Positions 1 through 13,100 of a stretch of 43,576 nucleotides of DNA are shown piece after piece; the first letter of the stretch is position 1, and the number at the start of each line of letters is the position of its first letter. The translations under genes were made by a program, and so were the position numbers. The stretch covers positions 62,001 to 105,576 of the forward strand of contig KZ538280.1 in NCBI GenBank assembly GCA_000934665.2, written 5' to 3'. The notes under the pieces were generated by a model. That model searched no databases. It had not been told where the DNA came from and saw only the letters and a program-made list of their open reading frames with translations. The DNA comes from Catajapyx aquilonaris (taxonomy: Eukaryota).

Positions 1-1296
1 GAGAATGGACATATCGCATGTACCCGGCTGAAGTTTGACCATCTAAAAATATCCACCCCTTTCTGTATATAAAAATTCATCCCTCTACCCTTCCCCCTAT
101 CCTTCACCATAACATGAAGGCCAACATGGCGCCTGCACTTGACCTGGCGCAACCCCCCTATAATTACCCTGCCGCTTAATAACATTAGTCCAGCAGGGAT
201 CCCCCCCTCTCCACCACCCTACATTCTACTAACCCTGACGTCACATCCGTCACATACACCTTTTGACTGATAGTATCGCACACCTTAGCCATTATCATAC
301 TCTCAGCTTCTAAGATGGAGTCTGCAAAACGCAACAAGCAGACAGACAGAGAGATGCTGAGTTCCAGAACGGATGCAGGAATCAATAGAGCGACCGAGGG
401 AAAGGGAGGGGTCCTTCCCCCTTTCCTCCTCTCTACTCCCCCCTCTGCACCTACCCCCTTCAAAAGCCCACCCTCCTCACCAGAAATGCATGGAGGAAGA
501 GGAAGGATAACTGAGCGGTAATGTATGTGCATATGGGATATGTGTGGGGAAGGGGGAAGGAAGGAACCGTGGGGAGAATCCAAAGTGGGCGGTAGATGTA
601 TAGGGGCTGGGGGAGGCTGCAGGAGGCGGATGAGGAAGAGGAGGAGGAGATGAGGGGGGGGGGGGAGTGCAGCCACATATGCTGGGGAGTATGGATCGTC
701 TGCATACCCGCAGTAGACTNCCCCCCCCATGCTCATTCCCCCATCTTAGAAAACCGCGCCTGGAATCTAGCCATCCCGCAGTACCGGTTGCCGGTTGCAT
801 ACAGTCCAGGATGAACGGAAAAAAACCGGCTGTAAATAATGCGGCACGTGCCTATTCCGACACGCGCAACCGCAACAAGTCCTTAACAGCCAGTTCCTAA
901 TACATTTTTCACCACCCAGCTCACGATTATATCTTTCAATACCACGCTCGGCTATACTGTACACCCCGTAACATGTAATCACGTCCACAAACATTTCCGC
1001 GGCCTTTCTACAGTTCCAGATAAACCGCAAATACACGTACCGGTACAGTCGACCGATGCATTTGTTTTTAAAGAATTCTATAGGAAACATTAAAAAATTC
1101 TGAAAATGTCAAAAAAAAAAGAAATTGCTGGCAAATTGAATACCGATTTTCCTCCCAGTTGGCGCACTTTGGCAACCATCTTCCTGCACGTGGAATGAAT
1201 GGCCGGTGCATTAGGCGCGGGGGTATAGATTGTGACTAATGAGACTAGATATGTGCCGACTGACTGTTGCTGATACACAAAAGCCCTGGCAATTTG

Positions 1297-1320
1297 TAAT
1301 TAGTGCGCGCGCATTAATTA
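1297..1320. promoter_or_regulatory. 24-nt near-perfect palindrome TAATTAgTGCGCGCGCAtTAATTA (two homeodomain-type TAATTA cores around a GC core)
   Basis: Read directly; one mismatched pair (G1303/T1314). Regulatory role is inferred. Confidence 0.5.
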
Positions 1321-4300
1321 TTCCCTTTTTCCTTACGTCACGATGACGTGCGGGTTCTTCAATTATGGGGACCTGGAAGATAGGCGGATGCGTTGGACCG
1401 GCGCAAATGAATGCACAATGCCTATTGGTACCATCATCAGGGTAAGATGAGCTTGTAAAGGGGGTTTTTGCAAATGAGTGCAGAATATGTCCAAGATATT
1501 CCTGGAACCATTGGTAAGATGAGCTGGAGCGTTGCAAATGGTCCAGAGAGGCAGAGTTCTCCCCCCATCCCCTCCCTCCCTACCATCTTTCCTCCCCGCT
1601 ACTTATACTCTTCTACAACACCCCATGCAAGCATCGGACACCTCCACCGCTCCCCCCTTGTGAAAGCCAACTCCTCCTCCTGCTCCACCCCCCACTTCTC
1701 GTCTGGCGCGCAGCTCGAGTGAGTTGCCAAGAGTGGAAAAACTTGGAAAAACTTGAGGCAGACGTGGATGTGGAAGGGGGATGAGAGGCTAGAGAGGGGC
1801 TAAAAAGAGGAGGGGGAGGCAAAGAGGGGGATGGCGGGGGAAAAAAAAACGGGGAGGTGAGGGAGGGGAGACTATTTGCGCGCGCAACCCGCCGCCCAGA
1901 AGGATAATGATTACTAGCGCAATGTTGCCGGATCTGGACCGCTACCTTTTCCGCTCAAAAACTCGTTCCTTCTTGTATTCAATGTTAGTTAAGTTAATTA
2001 AGTGCGTATATTGTATATTTGGATATACATACTTCTAATAGATTGTTGGTTGAATGGTTATCAATAATCCGGCCGACTCCCTAATTCAACCCCCTCCAAC
2101 CCCCTCCACCCCCTTTTACCCCACTAATACACTCGTGCTACGTCATCTATCACTGTCGCTAGATTGCTATCTTCTTCCCCACTCTCGTGCCAAATCGGCC
2201 CTTTCCTTCGCGAATTGCGCTGCAACAATGCCCAAATTGCTATCCAATGTTGCATAATAAATTTATCAGCCGCCACCGATATGGTTCACGGTCATTCGGC
2301 TCCGGACTAGTTTATAATCAAGTGGACATGCCGGTGTATTTAGTTCCTTGATGGAGTCATTATGCCGGCAGGCCATTTAAACAGGGCTTACCTGGTATTT
2401 TAGCTAATACATATTTGGAATTTGCTATTGGATGATGGAGAGGGTAGGTATTTTTTGATACTAATTTGAGTGGAGTGTGTGATAGGTGCGTTATCATATA
2501 GACGCGTGGCTGTGATATAAGTACGTTGATAGGATGGCTGGAATAGATTTGTAGGTGAGAAATGTTAGAGAGTCCACAAGTGAGGTGGTATGGATGGAGC
2601 GAGTCTTTGAACTCGGGGCATCAGGCGGGAGTGTTGACCGGGTAGGGTCATCGACCTGACCATGTGGTGAGCCGGCATCCATCCGTCGGGTGCGTGCAGG
2701 TGCGGTGGGAGCAGGTGGGCAAGGACGGGTCGGAGGGTCGGAGGGCGAGCCAAGGTCATTTGGGAGGAGGTCATCTTGGCATTGAGTCTAGATGGTCCCT
2801 CTTGGAAATGCAAAGGGCCGGCAACATCGCGGCAGGTTCCTTGCCATGCGCGTAGAGAAGGAATGAGAGGCGCAGGCTTTGGGGGAGGAGGAGGATGGTG
2901 GGAGAGGGTATGGCGGGTGTGGGAGGGAGGGATATGGAGGGGGGAGTATGTATGTGTGGGGGAGGGAGGGGGAGGGAGGAAGGCCTGGGGGTGTGGGGGC
3001 GCTCCAAAGGACCGAGGGGAAGGGGCTGAGCGCGCAGCCCCGCACTTTCAGTCGTCCAAGTCTACTAGGAGAGGCAAGAGAAGGGCAACAGGGGCAAGGC
3101 AGGGCACGGGTTGGACCCGGGTCAGCGCGGGTCCGGGGGTCACCGCGGGTACGGCAGGGCAGCGACTCCCAACACTAAGGGACGACAGACTCTCAGTTGC
3201 CCTCTTCCCCCCTTGAGTTGGTTTCATTTTTTCTGTTCCTGTCTCCATTCCAACCCATCCCGTGCAACTCACCACACGCAGATCTTCCTCCTCCACCCCC
3301 GACCCAGCCTCCCTCTGGCTCCTCAACCTCTTCTCCTTCCCGAAGCCCCATCCTTACACAACCAACCCAACCGGTGAAGGCGGCAGTGGCTGGAACAGAA
3401 GACGACGACAAAGACGAAGAAGAAGAGACACTAGTCGTCACCTGTCTTTCTGTCAGTCTGTCGGCTGCCCTCTCGGCCTTTTCTTTCTTTCTTGTGCGGT
3501 GCTTTTGGCGGTTCTCGCGCTCCTATCCCCATCCTTACCCAGCATCCAACCACTTGAACCTTTCACACATACACGCACACAATCATACACACACGTGCGC
3601 CTACACGCATTTCCTCCGCCTCCTTCCTCATCAACCCATTCCATCCAACCCTCCCGAGTGTCGGTTGAGGCCGCATGTTCGCCTTCAGCCCAAATTCAAA
3701 CTGTGGACCAAGACCCAACCAAGTTGTTGTCATCACGACCCGCGGTGTGCAGCTCTTGGGGCAGTGTGAACACGTAAGTTTCCCTACAGATCTCAACCCA
3801 GTTTCCAGTGGCAGTGCTCCCTATTCCTCTCCTTTCTTCGCATTTTCACATACTTGTCCTCTTCCTCCGAGGTGGCCCTTTGACCACTGGCTTCCCCACT
3901 GGCTGAGCTGGTACACTTTGCATCCAACTACCTGACCTGCTATCCCTTCTCCTCCTGCAACCCACCACTTGTCCTCTGGTCAACGACCCCCCCCCCCCCC
4001 CCCNCACCACCAGTGGTTGGGTATAGTGCATTGGTTTGGGTGGTTCAGTGACCCCTTTGTGACCCCTACAGTGGATCGGTAGGTGGAAAACCAACCGATC
4101 ATAGTTTGGATGCATCCGCCAGCTCATCTTCAGCCACCCTACACCGAGATCCTATCCGACACCGCCCCTTGGCTACCCGCCTCCTTATCTGCCACCCTTC
4201 TTGTCTTACAAGCTGCTATCCTATCCGTCGCGTGTCGGGTTCAGCCCAATGGATAGCTTCCAAGTGGGTCTAATTCGAGGTCGTCAGATAATTTGATTAC

Positions 4301-5035
4301 GCTCAACAATTGATATCAGTGTCAAGTTCACAGGCACATTGCCTTTTGCTCCCGCCTATATATCATACGCTGACTACTAATCAAAGCTGAATTGCACACG
4401 TCTGCTGGAATATTTTTGGCACATGATAGCAAGTTGGACAACTGTTTCCATCACTCCAGTGGATGGAGCTGGTTACATGTCAGTTATATTCCAGCCAAAG
4501 TGTAGCATGTACAGTACTAGTTGCTGATTTTTGCCTGAAATGGCATACCCCACCAACCATGCTCAGTCTCTCCCCAACTTGGAACTTTTTGAGCTTTTTT
4601 GTTTTTTGTTCGGGATCCCCTGCCTCCCTGACTGTATACCTGACGGTGGTCACGTGCGGATGCGGATATGTGGGGGGGATAGTTGATGACGAATCCCTGG
4701 ACGACAGGTAGTCAAGTGGCTGCAGTAGCTACTATTTCGAGCAGCTCGATGATCTAGCTCCAGGGGAAAAGGCGTTGCACACTTGGCAGCCTTTGACGGC
4801 ACCGCCGCCGCCCAACCCGAGTCCACACATGACCACACATGTCCACACCATTTCCATATATGTATATACATATACAATCAGTCAAGGGGTGGCAGGGAGT
4901 GGGGGTGTAGATGAGGCTCCAACCTTTCTGATGATGATGCCATTTGGCACTGGCACCGATGCGAAAACCGCGCATCTACGGTGCTGTTTTCGCCGTCCGA
5001 AAGCGGGGGTCGATGCCCAACCCGTGGTGCACACA

Positions 5036-5047
5036 GGGAAAATTCCC
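5036..5047. promoter_or_regulatory. Rel/NF-kB-like site GGGAAAATTCCC
   Basis: Motif resemblance only. Confidence 0.3.
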
Positions 5048-5980
5048 CTCCTGCTGCCTGCAGAAATTTTCGTCAATACCGTGCACGCGTACTCATAACC
5101 ACGTCCATTTCACAGACGCCCAAATTAAATTCGCGATTTCTGCTTCGTTCCGCCAATTATTGAAACCGGGGAACAGGATGACGGCTCATGGTCCTTCTAG
5201 GATAGGACGCCTGTGCGGAAATTATGCACAAATATCATTACACTTTTTTTTTTTTGCATTCCGCATTTTGTGTACTAACAAGTAACACAATTGAAGCAAA
5301 AAGATCAGGACGATTGTTCAACATCAAAAAAAATCATAGAACGTGCGAAGAATTCTGGTATGACATAATCCCCTCGATCGTGTTGTTATTGTCATACCCC
5401 ACATTTGATGTTTTTGGGCGGAAAATGACCCGGTGTGCCGGACAGAGGTTAGCTCCCAAGTGCAATATTCGTGTCACGTGGCCGACGACAACAATCTCTT
5501 GTTTGGCTTGCGCAGGTCGCTTGGCCCGGCCAATAAATGATCGAATTCATGAATGGCAATTAGGTTTATTATTTCTCGCTATGGAAGTGTGTGTGGCATG
5601 TGCGTGTGTGGGGGACGGGGGAGGGGCAGTGAGTAATGGGAGTGGGGAGGGAGGGAGGCACTGTGTTGCCCTGTATATTATCTGGCTGGGGGGGCGTCCA
5701 GATTTCGGACTTGATCGGATTGGATCGGATTTTTTTTATATAGTTTCTTGGGCGGACTTGTGGGTCAACAAATATATGGAATTTCCTTTTCCTTTGGATA
5801 TATGTCTGTCTTGATCCGTGACATTTTGGCCTATACTTAACCCCCGGGAATAAATCTTTTGGCCGCCAAAAAATCTATTATGCAATATTGTTCTAAGGAG
5901 ATTGGAAATGGCTATCATGATAGACCTTATCCTTGTTTCTTATTACCAACCGGGTACAGTTTTGACCAAAACCAAGACCA

Positions 5981-8900
5981 TCAACAAAGTGGCCATTTAG
6001 TGTCCCTCTTTATACATGCATGCCACTCTGCACAGTCGAATCCGTTGTCCAACAAACCGATTGCTACCCTAGAGTGCAAGGCCGGGAGGGAAGGGGTGGG
6101 GTGGGGGGGGGGGGGTTTTATTTATTTACACGCATTTTTTTTTGCACCCGATTGTACTCCCGGGGGCGTCTCATTCCCGATTCCATTGCGATGGAGACTC
6201 AATCAGCATGGCCGCTGCTCCCTTTTGATTTGTCTGCCATTAGCCTGTGTAAAGATTGAGCCCCTATTGATTCCGATGGACTTTGCCAGAGCTTCCAAGT
6301 AGGCACCGTTATTGGCTGTTTGAGTGCGAGAGAGAGGGAGCAGACCCGATGAAAAGTCTACCCCCATACATATAGACTATACATGGACGTGATTTTACCG
6401 ATAACTATCTAGGAAAATGGACATTCTTATACAAATTGAAGCCCCAAGACATTCCTCAAATTGACCACTTGAGTTTGTCCAGTGCACGTGACATCGATGA
6501 AGGAAATAATACTGTATGTACCGGTCGAAAAAAAAGTACATGCTCAAGGTAATCTTGACATACGTTATCTTTAGGGGGGGGTTCGATCCTAACTGCAAGC
6601 GAGACGCTTTGATCCGAAATGTTGACCTAGCAGATTTCACTTGAGTACACTGTATGGACATTGAACACATAGTGGAGTAAAGATTTCATGCGCGTGTTTT
6701 CGATTCCGGTTAGCTCTTCCAAGTGTATTTGCCCATAAATTTTTGAAACGACGCAGGAATTTATATAAGAAGGAACCCCCCCTCTAGCTTTACACAGTAG
6801 TTTACATGTCAAAACATTGTTGTCTTGAATGTCGTTTGTTCGTCAACCCGATTTAATTGGCATATTGGAGATCAGACATGGCCTAGATTTTTCTCAGTTC
6901 ACTGTCCGATACCGCATGAATAGAACCAGTTTTTAAACTCATCCTGTTGGTAACACCCAACTATTTCCCAGCCTGCCTTCAAGCCCTCCGCGCCAATTAA
7001 TAGGATGCAGCGAGCGCAATTTGGGTTCCGAGAGCCGCTTCTAGAGATGATGCACCTGCAGCATCCCAAGCTCCCCCAGCATCCCCCCTCTCCATACATG
7101 CTGCATGCATCCCCCCCCCCTCCCTCCCCATGTCAAACTCTCCCAACTCCACAAACTCCAGCTTTTGCAACAAAGTTACCATACTGCTGACGCAAGTTGA
7201 CAATATTCCAACATACACCACAAATGGATCTTGAGAAGCGCCCCCCCCCCCCTCCCATCCCCAGCTATAGTCTTCTCGTTAGCTACAACTGTGAATATAC
7301 CCTTCTCTAAAACCGGACACTCGCCTGAAACAAAAACCAGTTCTACCATCCAAAATTCCGCGCTGGCTGGCTCGCACAAACTTTTGGGCCAAATCGGCAC
7401 TGGCCTGGGAAACAAAAGAAACGGAGATGAATAGACTGGGGAGGAGGGGTGGGAGGTCCACCCCCAAAATTTTGCCTCCAACTCTTTCTGGACGGCTGCC
7501 TCCATCTCCCTCCCACCCACTCTTCCATCCCACTTTTTCCCCCGTTCCAGCAAAAATGGAAAAGAGGTGGGATAGCTGAGTATGGGTAGGGGGAATAGAG
7601 GGGAGAGAGAGAGAGAGGGAGGGAGGGAGGGAGGGAGGGGGGGCTTGAAAAAAGCCCAGCTCGCCGGGATTTCCAACGTCCCCATATTCCCTCACATATC
7701 CCCCTCCTCCCCCTCACACACACACATATCCCCCCCCCTCCCGCTCCATACTCCCCCCACTCCCCCTTCTCTCTCCCGGTTGGGTAGCAGCCTGACTCCG
7801 GGATCAATAAACGGACCGGGAAACTCTGCGGGTTGCTCTCCCGGAGAGAGAGAGAGAGAGAGAGAGGTAGAGAGGGGAGAGAGAGAAGAGAGAGAGGCCT
7901 AAAGAGAAAGATGGGGTTGCGACAGTTACAAAAGGGGCGTGGTTTTCTACTCCTCCAACCAACCCCCCCGACGTTCCATACAAACACTCCACCAAAACTA
8001 CACCCCCGCAACATCCACCCACTTTGTTGATGAATCGCCAATTACATTTATTATTCTGTGGCGTTGAACTTGGGTCGGGCAGCTCGCTAAATTTGACACA
8101 CGTGTTTCCATCAAGTTTTGCCTACTACCCGACATTTTTAGGGTAAAAATCAACAGTCTTGTACAGCATCAGGGGGGTTTGGTCCAGTGTTATTTTTCGG
8201 TCCAGCTATAGTAGAGGAGGGGGGGGAAAAGCGTGGTGCAAAAATTTTTGCGCGATATTATGTGGCCCGGACGCCGGCCATTGCTGTCGGTCACGTTCAT
8301 TCGCTGAAACTTCAACGATGAAATCCGTGTCGGCTGATGTTGATAATTAAATTTTTAGATCGCATGCGAGTGAAGGCATGATAGGTCGGATCATATTGCA
8401 CGTTCCCCCATACTCAAAAGTGTGGAGTCGTAAATAGTACAGTCGATATTTTTTTATGAAACACCTTGTACTTATCATTGACATAAAGGGAGGTACAGTT
8501 AGCCCCCACCCCAGATTTGCTTGAGAAAACTAACCAAAAGGGGTTTGACCATCGATTCTGTTTGGTCAACTTACGGTCCCTTGGTATCAGTTTCGGGTCC
8601 AGCTTGATGGTTTCGTCGAAGGTCACTTCGATTCCCCATAACGACAGCTTGTTTGTCCTTTGCCCATGTTGCGCTGGTTAGCCAAGGATATATATTTTTA
8701 AAAAAAAACAAAAAAAAAACGTTTTGTCCAATCATTTAGCCAGACTCGGTTTTAGCATAATCAAGCCCTTGAATTTCGCAACGCCTGCGATAAATGCATT
8801 GCTATGAGGCGGAAACGCTGGGTTATTCGTCGGTCGTGTGGAAAGAGAAATACAAACACTGGATTTTGCAGGAAATACTCCCGTATTGATAACCTCTCCA

Positions 8901-10100
8901 AGGTTACAATAATATGTAGTATAGGCGGGGGAAATGATGTCCTATCATTGTCGAATAGGATGTCCCTAATGGCATGTGCACGTAATACCTTCCGTGGATT
9001 AGTGTATCAAAAAAAATGTGACCTAAATAGTTAGTATGGACAGTTATTTACAGTAGCTAATATAACTACTTTTTTAGTGTTATGCAATCGATTTTTAGAC
9101 ACTTTCTGGTTCCCCCTCTCCAAGTTAGTAACATGTCCGGTCCAGTCTTCATATGTGGAAATTTCTAGCAGACACAGCAGAAGGCAGTGTGGTATAGGTC
9201 ACGTGATGCATGCAAGGGAGGGGGGGAGCGTCCTTTTGGCTGATGAAAAGTTGAAGAGCGTCCCGGAGTCCCCCGGAAAAGTGTCCGGGAAGCTGACATG
9301 GCACATCCCCCCGCAGGAAGAGGCCTAACCTAATTAAGCCGGGCTAATTGCCTTCAAGTTGGGGCCGGGGCCTAAGACGGACACATGTGTGTGTATGTGT
9401 ATGTGCCAGAGAGAGGGCGAGTGTGTGTGTATGTTATCATGTGTGTGAGAGCTTTCCCTCACCCCCCCTCCAGCCAGCCCAACTTCGTTCATCTTGCATG
9501 AGTCGTTACTTTTCCTGACTTTTGCCACTCACTCCGGTCTCACTTAATCTCGTTTTATTCGACTAATTCATCCTGTTTCGCGACAACGTGCGGTCCTAAT
9601 TACTTTTTTCCTGGGTGTCCGATGTCACAGATCCTATAGATGTTTGGGCCCTCTAGACAACCAACCGGGTAGCGCTTTGTCTAAGTTGCATTTGCGTAAT
9701 TGTGGAGTTCAAACTGGGATTAAATTCTTCAGGGATTAGTGAGGTAGAGTTCTTTTTGTGCGATACTGAGCTGACAATGCAGGTAAACCTGTACACTGAA
9801 GTGACGCAGGTATATGTAAAAAAAAAGGGGGGGGGGCTTATAAATGAATGGATACAAAAGTGTTTCAGGAGCAGTTGACACACTTTGTACAGTGCATATT
9901 ATGGCTAATGAGTGATATTTTTTATTATTTTTAAAAATCGCCAATTTTTGTACATATTACGTAATATCACTCAACAAAATTAAGTGACTTTTAAGTGACT
10001 CGATACCTTTGACGTGACTATCTGTGACAACATATCTTTTACAAGCGCTCCTCCAGTACATTCAGGTGCTCATAATTAACCCAACAAAGTGTCTACAACT
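5981..10100 (+). repeat. Diverged tandem unit U2 (about 4.1 kb)
   Basis: Anchors vs U1: tgtcaaaa 1107/6807, ccgattt 1143/6848, aagccct 1281/6981, ttttgcaa 1466/7163, atattcc 1496/7203, caaatgg 1535/7221, cggacac 1635/7314, tgataggt..atcatat 2480/8379, aaggtca 2752/8619, cacgtaa 3771/8979, ggtcacgtg 4648/9197. Offset drifts from 5.7-5.9 kb down to about 4.2 kb. Confidence 0.75.
7845..7866 (+). repeat. (AG)11 microsatellite
   Basis: Direct reading. Confidence 0.95.
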
Positions 10101-13100
10101 CCGGCCCCGATATGATCTGCGTAATAACATATTATAGTCGGAAATTCTTCCGATTGCCGTGAGCATGACTTTGAGGGCCAAACCGGGTGAGTTAATGGAA
10201 AGTCGCGTGTTGTGTGTATGCGTGATTGTGATTCGTGCACTCGGAGGTGTGAATACGGGTGTGGGTGTTTTTCTTGTGTGGCAAGACATTTCCGGACCTC
10301 TCACGTGAGGAAAGGCTTGATTGCCGGCCGCCATTTCCGATCCTAAACCCGTCATTCAAAAAAACGTCTTTACTACGACTAACGTTACTCCTACTGCTGT
10401 AATGTGGGATTATGTGCAGTGTATGTGTGGCATAGGGGGATATATGAATGTATTCATGCGTAGGGAGGAAGTAGGCGCGAGCGGGATTTGCCGATAGAGG
10501 CTAAAAGGAAGGGGGAGGCCACCCCGGAAGATAGGCTGCTACTACAAAAAAAAAAATGTATATGGAAGCGATTGAGTGCAGTTACGCACACTAGGGAAAA
10601 GGGCCAAAAAATGGGCTCCGATAGTAGTCCCCGTTCCGCCTCTTCCGGCCTCACAAATTAATCTTCGGCTTAGGAAATAAATCAGTGCAACCCTCCTCCC
10701 CCAGTCTAATGGCCAGGATTATTGCCACACAGGGTGAGACAGAAATCCTGTACTGATACTACCAGTGATGTGTACTAACCGGCATAGTTATAAAAAAATT
10801 TGTGACTAAAATTGCGTGTGACTGTGTGCAAAGGAAACTACTGTTGCAGTCATGTTAACCGGGGACATGCTGTTTTGTGTTACCCTGTAGGCCTGTGTAG
10901 ATAACTAACTCTCAAAGGGCATGTCTTTACCAGCAGTCATTCCCACCGGCATCCACCGCATGAATCTGTTATCGATACCAGGGATTTTTCCAGCAACCCC
11001 CTCTACTCCTCCCACAAATACACACTCGCATTCACAACCTACTCTCGCCACAGTTTTATAATACATGACTCCACTTACCAACGTTCCATGTCACATTTTT
11101 CATGCGTTTATAACTGGCGGGATAAGCAAGGTTTTCCCGTGATCGTGGTGTAGGCTGTATGTTGGGACAAAGAGCGAGTCAAATATGCTCGGAAAACTAG
11201 ACGAAGAGTGGGCAAACTGGGAAAAAATAGTGCTAAACTGCAGTAGTAGTGTTTTGTTAGTATGCATGTTGGAGTTGTTGAAAAAATAAGTTGTGAATTA
11301 TGCATGTACACTGTCGGTTTTAAGATGGTGACTGTAGAGCAAGTAGGCTATAGTAGTGCAAATTAAGTCCCGACATAATTCAGATCTGTAATTTTAATTT
11401 TCTAAAAATTAGAATTGCATACACTGACCGCATGCTCTTTTTGCACTTTTTGTTACAGCAAATTATTTTTTACTTATACTATACCGTAGTTATTGTAAAG
11501 TTGAAAACTCAGTAATATGATATAGACATGCATGCAATGCATTTGGGTTTTATGTTGTCGTAGATCATAATATGCAAGTAGCAATAAAATCTAGCCTAAT
11601 TTGTTCACTCTTTGCAATAGAAAGTGGAAGTTGCGAATGCCACACTGCTTGCGTCATAGCTCAGTATTTCACCATTTGCGAGTCATTAATATCGCAACAT
11701 TGCATCAGTACAGTGCAATTCACTGGCAAAGCCATTCAAGTTTTTCCTCCACGAGAAGCAAAATAAAATTGCATGTGATTGAATCTTCAAACGAGGGCAA
11801 TGAAACCTGCTGCCTATACACAGTACGTTGCTTCCGTGTAAAATCGCAAGGAATTGCTTCGCTGTAATACAGAATCCGCCAGTTGCAAAATTGTGTACGT
11901 TTACACCACACACACGTGTGACATCATTGACACACATCGTTTTTGCCAACAAAGTGTGTGCTAGTGCCCCTTACAGTTAATGTCGCCTGATTACGTTCAA
12001 AGTACTATACACTGTCGTACACCCACTTCACTAAGATATGATATTTATGTAAACCTACATAGTCACCTCTGCAGAATTCAAAATAACGCTCCATATCACA
12101 CCAAAAGACACCAGAATAGTCCTACAATACGCCCGCCGCCACCTAATCACAATAAAAATTCCACCCACGATAAGGCCAAACACTCTATCGAACGTGTCCA
12201 ATCTAACAATCAACAACACCCCACATACTACAAGGTTAATAAATGGGGTCAAACCATTTCGATCCTAGTCACACTCAATTTATAGAAAATCTCACATTAC
12301 ATTAGGTTGAACACAAATATTTTCTTAATTTGTATTAGTATGACATAACCGGTTAGGCAGTTGACCCCACATGTTTTTTTCCCCCCCTCCACATTGCCAG
12401 GCCTTTTTTCGTATCTAGGGGCGTCTTGTAGACGGTACGCCTATACTACTTGGGTTTCTCCCTCAACGCCCCTCAAAAGCTCACCTTTCAACACCACCTC
12501 CGCTGTAATCTGCAGGCCCCACAAAAGGAACCGATAAGAGACCCACCTCCCTCTGTGTTGCCCCCTTCCAAAGATCCGCACACTCTATTGTTCCCTACGT
12601 TATTAATTATCGCACGTCTTGTCTACCCGATAACTGAAAGTCAGAAGCAACTTGCCCGTCGCAACTTGTTATCGCTCAGCATGTTCCTCCAGGCGCAGGT
12701 CCCTTTTCGCAAAGATACGCGCCGACAAAATTGGTCAATTATTCCACAATAGTTATAGAGAAAAGGTGTGTGGTGGAGAGAGAGAGAGGGGGGGGGGGTG
12801 GAATACATGTGCAGAATTGGCGTCGGCGTGAACATAAACGTGGTCAAATTGGGTTAATTAGGATTGAGCACGAACTGAAAGTGCGGCATTAAATCCAAGG
12901 CGCTTTCATGAGCGACGCATAAAAATACCGCCTTTGGTGGATTTATCAACAAATTGTGCCATTTACGCCATTTACTCACGCTCTTTTTTTTTGGCACCCT
13001 CCAAAAAAGAGAACAATAATCCGTGAATTGACGCACACCTACTGTGTGTGTGTTTTTTTTTTCTCTCTCTCTCTCTCTCTCTCACCCGCACCCGCCTCTA

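Larger units (their letters stand above)
1..5980 (+). repeat. Diverged tandem unit U1 (about 6.0 kb; reference copy, phase arbitrary)
   Basis: Colinear with U5 at offset about 17.0 kb over its length: tgccggttg 789/17844, ggtgagggaggg 1856/18861, acgtca 2140/19179, atgccggtgta 2328/19370, ctttcacaca 3560/20568, gtgcgc 3595/20613, aattcaa 3693/20690. Confidence 0.75.

Noticed and set aside
6571..6592. GGTTCGATCC tRNA T-loop/B-box-like motif
   Set aside because: No cloverleaf or A-box upstream.
185..8041. Long ORFs such as 185-736, 3197-3769, 5224-5814 and 7343-8041
   Set aside because: Pro/Gly/Ser/Leu low-complexity translations of G/C and AG tracts; no domain recognised; not preserved in paralogous units.
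10881..10890. TACCCTGTAG resembling the miR-10 5' end; TGAGGTAG let-7 seeds at about 9740 and 36023
   Set aside because: Match stops after 8-10 nt and no precursor hairpin was seen.
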